Below, piece after piece: positions 50,401-63,244 of a stretch of DNA of 64,000 bases. The notes under the pieces are model-generated. The model did not search any database, was not told the DNA's origin, and saw nothing but the letters and a program-made list of their open reading frames with translations. Origin of the DNA: Nitrosomonadaceae bacterium (GTDB lineage Bacteria; Pseudomonadota; Gammaproteobacteria; Burkholderiales; Nitrosomonadaceae); contig PBKR01000030.1 of the NCBI GenBank assembly GCA_002721545.1, positions 5,150 to 69,149 on the forward strand. The letters run 5' to 3'. The stretch's first letter is position 1, and each line of letters opens with the position of its first letter. The translations under genes were made by a program, and so were the position numbers.

Positions 50401-51028
50401 TTTAGGTGCAGTTAACCTTGCTGCTTTGGAGGAATTGTCTGCATCAAAAGAACGTAAAATTTATCTTGATTCTCAGTTTAGTGACTTGCAGGAGGCAGTC
50501 AAGACTCTAGAAAATGTAATTAAACGTATAGATAGAGAAACTCGAGAGCGCTTGCTGGAAACTTTTGAGGAAGTAAATACTCATTTAGATGAAATGTTTC
50601 CTGCTATATTTGGTGGTGGAAAAGCTAAATTGATATTAAGTGGTGAAGAAATTCTAGATTCTGGTGTTGAAATTAATGCACAGCCACCAGGAAAGAAGAA
50701 TAGCTCTATTAAGCTGTTATCGGGTGGAGAAAAGGCTTTAACAGCATTGGCGTTGGTATTCTCGCTATTTAAGCTGAACCCTGCTCCATTTTGTTTGCTA
50801 GATGAGGTAGATGCACCATTAGATGATAGTAATACTGAACGTTTTTGTGATTTATTAAAGAAAATGTCAGAACAGACGCAATGTTTATTTATTAGCCATA
50901 ATAAAATTACTATAGAACTAGCGCAGCAATTAATTGGCGTCACAATGCAGGAGCAAGGTGTTTCACGAGTTGTTGCTGTTGATATTGAGGAGGCTGTAAA
51001 ATTTACTAAAGTGGCAGAGGCTGGATAA
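47489..51028 (+). CDS. smc: chromosome segregation protein SMC
   Basis: Walker A GPNGCGKSN, long coiled coils with a hinge, signature LSGGEKALTALALVF, Walker B CLLDEVDAPLD. TTG start. Confidence 0.95.
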   Translation: MRLSHIKLAGFKTFVDPTVIPVPSALVGVVGPNGCGKSNVIDAVRWVLGESKASALRGESMQDVIFNGSSNRKSVGRASVELVFDNSLGKAGGKWSEYAEISIKRVLLRDGDSAYYMNNIHVRRRDIADVFLGTGIGGHGYAIIEQGMISRIIEAKPEELRAFLEEAAGVSKYRARRRETELRLRDTRGNLSRIGDICQELEKQLQHLEEQAEVAGKFKGMQEKLGVAYNLLWLARKQEAGAQRIRRGKEIQRLELELEAENSTFRSIETRLEEGRTKHYAASDSLHEGQGELYEANAKVAKIEQQIQHLRDNKNRIEQQITVTKNQVNNYDEQLEVFTESLEKWRKEFEQASLKFESNQEEASIENEKLPQTKAAFHLQQEKSREIQSKLLLTEQARQLEDSNRTHATKSLQQLELRREKLLEEQNALLHPDSFELSRLEGEIENIASELEQKQNYFIQTEKKLLKAEEVKRKIIQKKQLLEQESTQMEARSLALERLQHRLEDNDGLSKWLTKYNLDVLPRLWQNIQIEKGWEDALESVLRERLNSSSLESLEIAQDWLEDSPPGKWTLFETSSSVEQKVGEEVLHNKKDWKLLECYLACEDTGIKSVLKEWLRGIFVVESIQDGLLQRIKLSPGEMLVTREGHFFTRHSLTYYAPDTQLHGVLARQREITNIKNDLKKIESNLITQKSKLVAIEKDCSKLEALISQLRLNSEKLQKNYHNLQIQTLKLTQLAQQSDQRGNQILIELAGIKKQIDIENSQKQDSEEKLIKHQEQVLILQEKMRKKEEEEEAAEEVFNNQQNYVRSIEKKMQETEFYKKTCQNKISDTENAILGIEENLVGLRASLNKLESEQDNFDSSILNNQMQECLVLSKEKEEFLRTARSILEDAAKDLQEMEKERIASEQKMGPLRELINQMRLKEQEARIVENQFHEKLEESDAKEEELTQILGKTKPSRIQANINQLDSEIENLGAVNLAALEELSASKERKIYLDSQFSDLQEAVKTLENVIKRIDRETRERLLETFEEVNTHLDEMFPAIFGGGKAKLILSGEEILDSGVEINAQPPGKKNSSIKLLSGGEKALTALALVFSLFKLNPAPFCLLDEVDAPLDDSNTERFCDLLKKMSEQTQCLFISHNKITIELAQQLIGVTMQEQGVSRVVAVDIEEAVKFTKVAEAG

Positions 51029-51034
51029 TAAAGC

Positions 51035-52297
51035 ATGGGCCAAATTAATATGAGTGATTTACAAATCAATTTGATTGTTGCTGGAATTGTAATAATTTTG
51101 GCTGTGATTTTCTATAATTGGTTACAACAGCGTAGGAATCAACGTAATACAAAGGAAGCATTCGAGAATAAATATGAAGATGTCTTATTAGAAGCAGAAA
51201 AAGAAAGAATAGAACCGAAAATAAAAAAAGAATTGAAAATAGACTCTAGGGTAGAGCCAAGTATAAAAGATTGGGAAGTGGAAGATCCTGATAATCAATT
51301 AGGGCAGGATTATTTAGATTTAGCTAATAAAGAGATAGAAATAATTGAAACCGATAGTCAGCTAGAACAGCATAGTTTGCATGAAATTAATAAAGATATT
51401 GGGATAGCTGAGGATGATAGCCAGTTGCAGCAATATGTAGATGCAGTTAATGAGCGTGTTAAACAGGGAGAGAGTGTTAATAATAATGCTTTTGACTATG
51501 TAGTGAACATTCAATTTAAAACAAACATTACTGTATTATATCTCGTAGAGATACTGCAAAGGAAGGTAGATTTTGGAAAGCCGGTACGTTGGTATGGACA
51601 AAAATTTATAGGTGGGTCCTGGGAAGAAATTACAATAGAATCAGGCAGAAATATAGAGTACAAATGTCTAAGAGCTTGCTTACAACTTGTTGATCGGTCT
51701 GGCCCTGTAAGTGAAGTTAGTTTGTCTGAATTTCGTGACATGGTGCAGGAATTTGCAGAATTAAATAATGCGGTTACTGACAATCTAGATATTGGGGAGG
51801 CATATTCTCAGGCAGTACTACTTGATCAGTTTTGCGCTGAAGTAGATATTATGATTGGAATTAATGTTATCAGTAAAGATGGTGGGGCATTTACTGGGAC
51901 AAAAATTCGTTCTTTGGCAGAGGCATCTGGATTTAAGCTTGAAGGTGGGGGTATATTTAACCTTCAGGAAGAAAATGATGATGCTAAATTTATCCTTCAG
52001 AATTATGAAACTACACCTTTCCTTCCTGAAAATATGAGGAAGATGACGACTAGTGGTGTTACATTTTTATTTGATGTGCCTAGAATTAAGAATGGTGATA
52101 GAGTTTTTGATCAAATGACAAGTCTTGCAGGAACTTTTGCGTCGACTTTAGGTGGCATAATGGTTGATGATAACAAGGTGCCATTAAGTGATAGTGGAAT
52201 TGATAGAATTAAACATAAGCTAGTTGAGATCTATTCTGCAATGGAATCAAAGAATCTTCCTGCAGGAGGTGAGATAGCGTTGAGACTATTTGTGTGA
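51035..52297 (+). CDS. zipA: cell division protein ZipA
   Basis: N-terminal membrane anchor (LIVAGIVIILAVIFY), acidic/Gln-rich linker, C-terminal globular domain. Conserved smc-zipA-ligA order. The start could be ATG 51050. Confidence 0.75.
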   Translation: MGQINMSDLQINLIVAGIVIILAVIFYNWLQQRRNQRNTKEAFENKYEDVLLEAEKERIEPKIKKELKIDSRVEPSIKDWEVEDPDNQLGQDYLDLANKEIEIIETDSQLEQHSLHEINKDIGIAEDDSQLQQYVDAVNERVKQGESVNNNAFDYVVNIQFKTNITVLYLVEILQRKVDFGKPVRWYGQKFIGGSWEEITIESGRNIEYKCLRACLQLVDRSGPVSEVSLSEFRDMVQEFAELNNAVTDNLDIGEAYSQAVLLDQFCAEVDIMIGINVISKDGGAFTGTKIRSLAEASGFKLEGGGIFNLQEENDDAKFILQNYETTPFLPENMRKMTTSGVTFLFDVPRIKNGDRVFDQMTSLAGTFASTLGGIMVDDNKVPLSDSGIDRIKHKLVEIYSAMESKNLPAGGEIALRLFV

Positions 52298-54445
<2,148 letters not shown>

Positions 54446-54816
54446 GAATATCTTTTTATTTTAATTCTTAATATATAACAGTTCTATACTTTCTTAAGAA
54501 GAATTGTGACAAATACTCGATAATGTGGAACAGATTATTTGGCAGGAATCATTTCAGAAACCGTACAGAAAATGGTCGTAGATATCATTGATACAGTATT
54601 CGAATAATATCTATTTGTATTGATTGTAATGGATGGAGAAATTATTTTTACAGGAATTCTGGCCATTATTTATATTTTTACTGAATTTCAATTATTTACA
54701 TAAGTCCCGTTACAACGATAAAATTAAAGGTGAAGAGATTATTTGGTAGGTTTTAGCTCATATAAATGTAACTGGTATAGTTGTATTGGCGAAGGAAATA
54801 GTAAGGATATAAAAGT

Positions 54817-55338
54817 ATGGCGATTCAATCTGTTTTGAGAATGGGTGAGGAGAGTTTGTTACAGGTGTCAGAGAGAGTAGAAAAATTTAATACACCTGAG
54901 TTAAATAATCTTATTCAAGATATGCATGACACTATGAAGCATGAAGAGGGTGCTGGGTTGGCAGCGCCTCAGATTGGTATTGGTTTACAGGTGGTTATTT
55001 TTGGTGTGGAGCAGAATGCACGCTATCCTGATGTTGAAAGCGTGCCTTATACTATACTGATAAATCCTACAATTAAACCTCTTACAAAGGAAAAAGAGGA
55101 AGATTGGGAAGGTTGTTTAAGCGTCCCAGGTATGCGTGGCATGGTTCCTCGATTTTCTAAAATCCATTATCATGGTTACGATCAATATGGAAATACTATA
55201 AGCAGAGATGTAGTCGGATTCCACTCCCGTGTAGTTCAGCACGAGTGTGATCATTTACAGGGAATACTTTATCCTATGCGTATTACTAATTTTCGTACAT
55301 TTGGTTTTACAGATGTATTGTTTCCGGCTAAAAATTAA
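54817..55338 (+). CDS. def: peptide deformylase
   Basis: All three Def motifs are present: [24 protein letters not shown]. Confidence 0.9.
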   Translation: MAIQSVLRMGEESLLQVSERVEKFNTPELNNLIQDMHDTMKHEEGAGLAAPQIGIGLQVVIFGVEQNARYPDVESVPYTILINPTIKPLTKEKEEDWEGCLSVPGMRGMVPRFSKIHYHGYDQYGNTISRDVVGFHSRVVQHECDHLQGILYPMRITNFRTFGFTDVLFPAKN

Positions 55339-55364
55339 TTAAGGAGAAACTAGAAAATAATTAT

Positions 55365-55787
55365 TCAGGGTTTCACCACTACTAGTATCACTATTGCAAT
55401 CAGAATTATTACTGGAATTTCATTAAACCAACGATAGTAAATATGTCCATGTTGGTTTTGGTCCCGCTTAAAATCAGCTAATAATCTACCGCAGTAATAA
55501 TGGTAGGCAATCAATACAGCAACCAAAGAAAGTTTAGCATGGAGCCACCAGCTGCCTTCGATTCCAGAAATACCATAACCAAGCCAAAGCCACATACCAA
55601 ATATAATAGTCAATATTGCTCCAGGTGTCATAATCCCATAATAGAGTTTACGTTCCATGACCTTGAAACGTTCAATACTAGGCAGATCATCACTCATAGC
55701 ATGATAGACAAATAATCTTGGGAGATAAAAGAGTCCAGCAAACCAAGTGACCATGAATATAATATGTAATGATTTTATCCAGAGCAT
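55365..55787 (-). CDS. hemJ: protoporphyrinogen IX oxidase HemJ
   Basis: 140-aa four-TM protein with the HemJ N-terminus (LW.K.LHII..V.WFAGLFYLPRLFVYH). Confidence 0.8.
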   Translation of the reverse strand: MLWIKSLHIIFMVTWFAGLFYLPRLFVYHAMSDDLPSIERFKVMERKLYYGIMTPGAILTIIFGMWLWLGYGISGIEGSWWLHAKLSLVAVLIAYHYYCGRLLADFKRDQNQHGHIYYRWFNEIPVIILIAIVILVVVKP

Positions 55788-55877
55788 TTGATTTTATATT
55801 GGGCTAAAAGAGATAATTATAGTAGAGGTAGCTTTATTTTTCCTATTATTGATTTTTTGTAGCAAAGATTTTGGTAA

Positions 55878-57029
<1,152 letters not shown>

Positions 57030-57054
57030 ATATCTTCGACACTGCATCTTAAGG

Positions 57055-57555
57055 CTATTTTTGTAATATCACACTCCATGCTTTTAGTTTTTGTTTGTAA
57101 GTTATAGAGGCATGTGCAGGACTTGTTGACGGGAGCCGCGTATAGCGTATTAAATTAGGTTTAAGTTTGTGCAGAACAAGTTTATTAAAGCATTTTTCAG
57201 CCATTGCGCCGTTGAAAAAAATATCTGTAATATTTTGATGGGTATAAAGAAATAATTCGAAATTGTTTGCGTGCGCAGAAGCTTGGTTAATATCAGAATC
57301 AAGGCTACTTGCGCGCGCGCATGAAGCCAAAACATCCCATAGGGCTATACCATTTGATTTTAGTATATTAATTCTCATCGTATAAGGGAGAGTTCTAGTA
57401 GCTGCGACCAAATCATCCATAATTGGCCAGAAAGAATTACGGCTATGTGCATAATATTGTCCTACTATCAGGGATGTTTTGCTTGGTATACTTCCCAGAA
57501 TAAGGAGCCTTGCATTAGGATTCTCAATTGGAGCGAAACTATTAATATAATGCAT
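57055..57555 (-). CDS. DNA-deoxyinosine (hypoxanthine) glycosylase, UDG family 6-like
   Basis: UDG-superfamily motifs LLILGSIPS and NSFW. ATG 57555 is preferred (1 nt after the nnr stop) over the ORF-track start 57588, which would overlap nnr. Confidence 0.7.
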   Translation of the reverse strand: MHYINSFAPIENPNARLLILGSIPSKTSLIVGQYYAHSRNSFWPIMDDLVAATRTLPYTMRINILKSNGIALWDVLASCARASSLDSDINQASAHANNFELFLYTHQNITDIFFNGAMAEKCFNKLVLHKLKPNLIRYTRLPSTSPAHASITYKQKLKAWSVILQK

Positions 57556-57556
57556 A

Positions 57557-59128
57557 TTAATACCTCTCTTTGTTGCAGCCCTTACCATGAGGGCTATAAA
57601 CCCATTTATTTAGTAATTCTCGTGCAGCATCTGTAATTTCTGATGCGGTTATTCCTACAGGACCGCTAGTTTGCTCTAATAAATTATCTGCAGCAGCGCC
57701 ATGTAGATAAACCGAAAGTAATAATGCCTTTTTTACAGCTAATCCTTGTGCTAGTAGCGCACCAATGATGCCTGATAAAACGTCACCTGTTCCTGCACTA
57801 CTCAGACTAGGATTGCCACTAGTATTTATGTAATATCTTCCATCAGGTAGCATACATATGCTGCCTGCACCCTTCAGTACCACATAGCATTTGAATCTCT
57901 TTACCAGCTCTTTTATTGTTTCTATACGGTTGTTTTGGACATCCGTAGAAGAGATACCTAAAAGTCTTGCTGCTTCTGCAACATGGGGTGTAAGCACAGT
58001 ATGTCCATCACGGTTACTCAGCGTATCAGCAAGCTCTGGATAAACGGAAATAAGGTTCAATGCATCAGCATCTAGTACTAATGATTGTGAAGATTTAAGT
58101 GCACAGTTAAACCAAAAATAAGCATCAGTACTCATTCCTAATCCTGGTCCAATTACCAGACAATTTAAATGATCTAGCTTAAATAATTCATGAGGTGAGC
58201 GGAACATTAATTCGGGCTGTACGGGGCTAAACGTAAGTATATTGTCAGTAATGAAACCTAGGTATACGCGTCCCGACCCTAATTTTAATGCTGCTGTTCC
58301 TGCAAGGAGAGCTGCTCCAGTCATCCCGGCAGAGCCACCAATAATACCTATGCTACCAAACAGGCCTTTATGGCTATTAGCACTTCGAGCTGGCGGTAGT
58401 AATTGCTGTATGCACGACAGATTTAATACCCATGATTGAGGCTTTATCAGAGTAGAAGTATCAATATCAAGGTTACGTAAAATAATTTCTCCAGAATACT
58501 CGGTACCTTGATGGGTCAAAAGTCCAGGTTTCATACCAATGAATGTAACAGTGATATTGGCATGAATTGCCGAACCGTATACCCGACCATCATCACTATT
58601 TAGCCCACTAGGAATGTCAAGTGCAAGTACTGGCAGATTCATATGGTTTATTACATTAATTAATTTATGGATTGGACCTTCTAAGTCTCTTGAAAGGCCA
58701 ATACCAAATAACCCATCTACTATGGCATTCCATTCCTTTTTAGTTGGGATCTCAGAAAGTATTTCGCCACCTGCAGCGGTCCAGGCATCCATTGCATTTT
58801 TCGCTTCATTTGATAATTTTGTAGGAATTCCGGTAAATACAAGAGTAACTTTAAACCACCATTCTTGAAGATAGCGAGCCACAACAAAAGCATCACCACC
58901 ATTATTCCCAGGACCTGCTATAACCAGAACCTTATTTTTTTCGTTAGTCAGTAATTTATCTCGTGCCACTTTCGCTGCAGCTAAACCAGCCTTTTCCATC
59001 AAATTTATAGGAACAGAAGCACTAGTAGCAAGCTTTTCAAGCTTACGTATTTCTTTAGCAAGATAAATAGGAGTATTTTTATTCATATAATTAATTGTTA
59101 AAGTAATGCTTCTAAGGCTGTGGGTCAC
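57557..59128 (-). CDS. nnr: bifunctional NAD(P)H-hydrate repair enzyme (epimerase/dehydratase)
   Basis: N-terminal YjeF_N (GPGNNGGD) and C-terminal carbohydrate-kinase domain (GTGDVLSG). The start is either GTG 59128 (AGAAGG upstream) or ATG 59086. Confidence 0.9.
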   Translation of the reverse strand: MTHSLRSITLTINYMNKNTPIYLAKEIRKLEKLATSASVPINLMEKAGLAAAKVARDKLLTNEKNKVLVIAGPGNNGGDAFVVARYLQEWWFKVTLVFTGIPTKLSNEAKNAMDAWTAAGGEILSEIPTKKEWNAIVDGLFGIGLSRDLEGPIHKLINVINHMNLPVLALDIPSGLNSDDGRVYGSAIHANITVTFIGMKPGLLTHQGTEYSGEIILRNLDIDTSTLIKPQSWVLNLSCIQQLLPPARSANSHKGLFGSIGIIGGSAGMTGAALLAGTAALKLGSGRVYLGFITDNILTFSPVQPELMFRSPHELFKLDHLNCLVIGPGLGMSTDAYFWFNCALKSSQSLVLDADALNLISVYPELADTLSNRDGHTVLTPHVAEAARLLGISSTDVQNNRIETIKELVKRFKCYVVLKGAGSICMLPDGRYYINTSGNPSLSSAGTGDVLSGIIGALLAQGLAVKKALLLSVYLHGAAADNLLEQTSGPVGITASEITDAARELLNKWVYSPHGKGCNKERY

Positions 59129-59180
59129 GAGCCTTCTCGTGTAAAATTATACTTTCAATTTCAATTTCAAATTCCATCTA

Positions 59181-62100
59181 ATGCTTCGATTTCGTGGTGG
59201 CAGTGCACTATCTTCCTTTCGTCTGAGAAAATTAACTGACGAAATAAGGGTGCTTGTTCCTCAAGTTTCCCACATTTCTGCCGAGTTTTGGCATTTTTGC
59301 GCAGAAGCACGTAGTTTGGGGGATAACGAGACTATTATTCTTGAGAAGTTGCTTACCTATGGTGCAGTAGCACAGAAGAATACGATTTCTTGTGGTGAAT
59401 TATTTTTGGTATTGCCTCGTCCTGGAACCATCTCTATTTGGTCATCAAAAGCTACAGATATTGCCCATCAATGTGGATTAGATATGATTGAGAGATTGGA
59501 ACGTGGTGTAGCCTTTTATATAAAATCATCCGAAGAAAAACTTTCAGCTAAAGAAAGAAATCTATTATTCCCGTTGATTCATGACCGAATGACTGAAGCA
59601 GTATTTGGTTCTTTTAATGATGTAGATAGTTTATTTCAACATGTGGACCCTGTGCCTTTAAACGTAATTGATATACGGGTCGACACATTAGAGACGCTGC
59701 AACGTGCTAATAACAAGATGGGACTTGCTTTATCACCTGAAGAAATTAAATATCTTTCAGATTATTACTCAAGGGTTGGGCGTAATCCTACAGATGTGGA
59801 GTTAATGATGTTTGCTCAGGCTAACTCGGAGCATTGTCGTCATAAGATTTTTAATGCAGATTGGATAATAGATGGTAAGCCTCAGTCTAAATCACTATTT
59901 TCAATGATTCGTAATACTCATGATTCAAATCCAAGGGGTACGATAGTTGCATATACAGATAATTCTTCAGTCATTGAAGGGTCGAAAATTGCTCGTTTTT
60001 ATCCTGAAAAGGATAATTGTTATACATATGCTATAGAACAGATACATATTTTAATGAAAGTAGAAACTCATAACCACCCGACTGCCATATCACCTTATTC
60101 TGGTGCTGCAACTGGAGCAGGAGGGGAAATTCGTGATGAAGGAGCTACTGGTCGTGGTTCAAAGCCAAGGGCTGGATTAACTGGTTTTTCAGTTTCAAAT
60201 TTAAATATTCCAGGTTTTATTCAACCTTGGGAGAGACATTCAGAATCAGGAAAGACAGGTTCATATGGTAAGCCAACACGTATCTCATCATCTTTGCAAA
60301 TCATGTTAGAAGGACCAATTGGTGCAGCAGAATATAATAACGAATTTGGTCGTCCTAATTTGGCTGGGTATTTTCGTACTTTTGAGGAATTTGTCAGGGA
60401 TGAAATGCGCGGTTATCACAAGCCTATTATGTTGGCTGGCGGGATTGGACACATTTCTAGCTATCATTCATCCAAGGAGGAATTCCCACCTGGTGCATTA
60501 ATGATTCAGTTGGGTGGACCAGGCATGTTGATTGGGTTAGGTGGAGGTGCAGCTTCTAGTATGGGCACCGGAGATAATACAGAGGATTTAGATTTCAATT
60601 CAGTACAGCGTGGTAATGCAGAAATGGAGCGGCGTGCTCAGGAAGTAATAAACAGATGTTGGCAGATTGAAAGAACTGGGAAAGCAAACCCAATTTTGTC
60701 AATTCATGATGTTGGTGCAGGTGGTTTATCTAATGCTTTGCCAGAATTGTTACATGATGCGCAGCGTGGCGGTAGCATTGATTTACGTGAGATTCCTTTG
60801 GAAGAGTATGGTATGTCGCCAATGCAGATTTGGAGTAATGAGGCACAAGAGCGTTATGTATTGTCAATTTTGCCAGAGTCGCTTGAATTATTCAGAGCAA
60901 TTTGTAAGCGCGAGCGTTGCCCATTCTCAGTAGTAGGAAAAGCAACAAGGAAAGAAAATCTTTCAATAAATGATTCGGTGTTCGATAACCACCCAGTTGA
61001 TATGGAGATTTCCGTATTACTTGGAAAATTACCAAAAATGGTACGTGAAGTTACTCATATTAAGAAGCTATTGGTACCATTGAATACGGCAGAATTAGAT
61101 TTGAAAGACTGTGCTTATAAGGTACTTAGATTGCCTGTGGTTGCAGATAAAACTTTTCTCATAAGTATTGGCGACCGTACAGTAGGAGGAGTAACAGCGC
61201 GTGATCAAATGGTAGGTCCATGGCAAGTTCCAGTAGCAGACGTAGGGGTAACGTCAATGGGTTACCAAACTTATCAGGGTGAGGCATTTTCTATAGGTGA
61301 GAAAGCGCCGCTAGCATTACTTAACCCTGCATCGGCAGCACGTATGGCTGTAGGCGAGGCTATTACTAATATAGCAGCTACATTGATTGAGGATATTGAA
61401 GAAATAAAGCTTTCAGCCAATTGGATGGCAGCAGCAGGGCATCCTGGTGAAGATGCAGATTTATTTGATGCGGTTCATGCAATAGGTATAGAACTTTGTC
61501 CGCAGTTAGGTATTAGTATCCCAGTTGGGAAAGACTCGATGTCAATGAAGACAGTATGGGAAGATAAATCTGATGATAATTATTGTTGTGCAAGGAAGGA
61601 AGTAATTTCACCCTTATCTATAATAATCTCAGCTTTTGCAAGAGTCACTGATGTTAGAAAAACACTTACACCAGAATTACAAACTGATTGTGGTGAGACA
61701 GAATTGATCCTAATTGATCTTGGAGCAGGTAGGAATCGGATGGGTGGTACTGCGCTGGCACAAGTTTATAAACAAATAGGAGATACAGCACCTGATCTTG
61801 TGGGTTCAGATGGCATAAAGAAACTTAAAGGTTTTTTTGCCGTCATACAGTTATTAAATAAAAAAAATAAAATATTGGCCTACCATGACCGATCTGATGG
61901 AGGTTTATTTGCAACACTATGTGAAATGTCTTTTGCGGGTCACGTGGGTGTGTCTATAAATTTAGACCAACTCTGTTTTGATGTACTTTCTAATGATATA
62001 GATGGGGCTGAATCATTGCAGGAAATTCTAAGTGGAAGATCTTTAGAACGAATGCTATCTGTCCTGTTTAATGAAGAGCTAGGGGCAGTAATTCAGATAA

Positions 62101-63188
62101 GAGCTGAAGATCATGATGACTTTATGGAAGCTATATCTGGAGTAGGATTACGTGATGAGAGTTTTGTAATAGGCTGCCTGAACAGTGATGATGAAATACG
62201 TCTAATGAGAAATAATGAGCCAGTGTTTTTAGAGAGCCGTACAGTGTTACATCGCGTCTGGTCAGAAACAACTTATGAGATGCAAAAATTACGCGATAAT
62301 CCGGTTTGTGCTCAACAAGAACATGATCTTAAGCTCGAAGCTTCTGATCCAGGGTTACAAGTGAAATTGAGTTTTGAAGCAGATGATGATATTGCTGCGC
62401 CTTATATTCAGAAAGGTATTAGGCCGAGAATTGCTATTTTGCGTGAACAAGGTGTAAATGGTCATGTAGAGATGGCTGCTGCTTTTGATCGGGCTGGGTT
62501 TTTAGCAATAGATGTACACATGAGTGACATCATTGAGAGGCGCATTTATCTAAAGGATTATAAAGGTTTGGCTGTGTGTGGAGGATTTTCTTATGGTGAT
62601 GTACTAGGTGCTGGCGAGGGTTGGGCAAAATCTATTCTATTTAATAACTATGTTCGTGATGAGTTTGCGGCCTTTTTTGAGCGTACTGATACCTTTGCAT
62701 TAGGTGTATGTAATGGCTGTCAAATGTTGAGTAATTTGAATGAATTAATTCCAGGGGCCGAAAATTGGCCACATTTTATTCGTAATAAATCAGAGCAGTT
62801 TGAGGCACGCTTTGCGTCTGTGGAAATTCAGGAGAGCCCATCATTATTTTTTGATGGGATGGCTGGAAGTATCATGCCAATTGTTGTTTCGCATGGAGAG
62901 GGGTATGCGGAATTTACAAATAAAGGAAGGTTTGAGGATTCTAAGCTATTAGTAACAATGCGTTTTGTAGATAATTATGGCCAACCTACTGAGACCTATC
63001 CCTTAAATCCTAATGGGTCGCCCATGGGGGTTGCTGGTATGACGAGCCCTGATGGACGTTTTAGCATAATTATGCCACATCCGGAGCGAGTATTTCGTAC
63101 AACCCAGAATTCTTGGCATCCAAAAGATTGGCAGGAAGATGCACCATGGATCAGAATGTTTAGGAACGCAAGAAAATGGATTGGATAA
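59181..63188 (+). CDS. purL: phosphoribosylformylglycinamidine synthase (single-chain large PurL)
   Basis: 1335 aa, colinear with large PurL. C-terminal glutaminase with GVCNGCQM nucleophile and HPER motif. Confidence 0.97.
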   Translation: MLRFRGGSALSSFRLRKLTDEIRVLVPQVSHISAEFWHFCAEARSLGDNETIILEKLLTYGAVAQKNTISCGELFLVLPRPGTISIWSSKATDIAHQCGLDMIERLERGVAFYIKSSEEKLSAKERNLLFPLIHDRMTEAVFGSFNDVDSLFQHVDPVPLNVIDIRVDTLETLQRANNKMGLALSPEEIKYLSDYYSRVGRNPTDVELMMFAQANSEHCRHKIFNADWIIDGKPQSKSLFSMIRNTHDSNPRGTIVAYTDNSSVIEGSKIARFYPEKDNCYTYAIEQIHILMKVETHNHPTAISPYSGAATGAGGEIRDEGATGRGSKPRAGLTGFSVSNLNIPGFIQPWERHSESGKTGSYGKPTRISSSLQIMLEGPIGAAEYNNEFGRPNLAGYFRTFEEFVRDEMRGYHKPIMLAGGIGHISSYHSSKEEFPPGALMIQLGGPGMLIGLGGGAASSMGTGDNTEDLDFNSVQRGNAEMERRAQEVINRCWQIERTGKANPILSIHDVGAGGLSNALPELLHDAQRGGSIDLREIPLEEYGMSPMQIWSNEAQERYVLSILPESLELFRAICKRERCPFSVVGKATRKENLSINDSVFDNHPVDMEISVLLGKLPKMVREVTHIKKLLVPLNTAELDLKDCAYKVLRLPVVADKTFLISIGDRTVGGVTARDQMVGPWQVPVADVGVTSMGYQTYQGEAFSIGEKAPLALLNPASAARMAVGEAITNIAATLIEDIEEIKLSANWMAAAGHPGEDADLFDAVHAIGIELCPQLGISIPVGKDSMSMKTVWEDKSDDNYCCARKEVISPLSIIISAFARVTDVRKTLTPELQTDCGETELILIDLGAGRNRMGGTALAQVYKQIGDTAPDLVGSDGIKKLKGFFAVIQLLNKKNKILAYHDRSDGGLFATLCEMSFAGHVGVSINLDQLCFDVLSNDIDGAESLQEILSGRSLERMLSVLFNEELGAVIQIRAEDHDDFMEAISGVGLRDESFVIGCLNSDDEIRLMRNNEPVFLESRTVLHRVWSETTYEMQKLRDNPVCAQQEHDLKLEASDPGLQVKLSFEADDDIAAPYIQKGIRPRIAILREQGVNGHVEMAAAFDRAGFLAIDVHMSDIIERRIYLKDYKGLAVCGGFSYGDVLGAGEGWAKSILFNNYVRDEFAAFFERTDTFALGVCNGCQMLSNLNELIPGAENWPHFIRNKSEQFEARFASVEIQESPSLFFDGMAGSIMPIVVSHGEGYAEFTNKGRFEDSKLLVTMRFVDNYGQPTETYPLNPNGSPMGVAGMTSPDGRFSIIMPHPERVFRTTQNSWHPKDWQEDAPWIRMFRNARKWIG

Positions 63189-63244
63189 ACTTATAATAGT
63201 TTGTGTTGAAATAATTAGAAAATAATACTGTGGAGATTAACAGA

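Noticed and set aside
50581-51069. 162-aa minus-strand ORF, and the 99-aa ORF at 47458..47757 (minus).
   Set aside because: Both are antisense to the conserved head-domain regions of smc and have no independent support.
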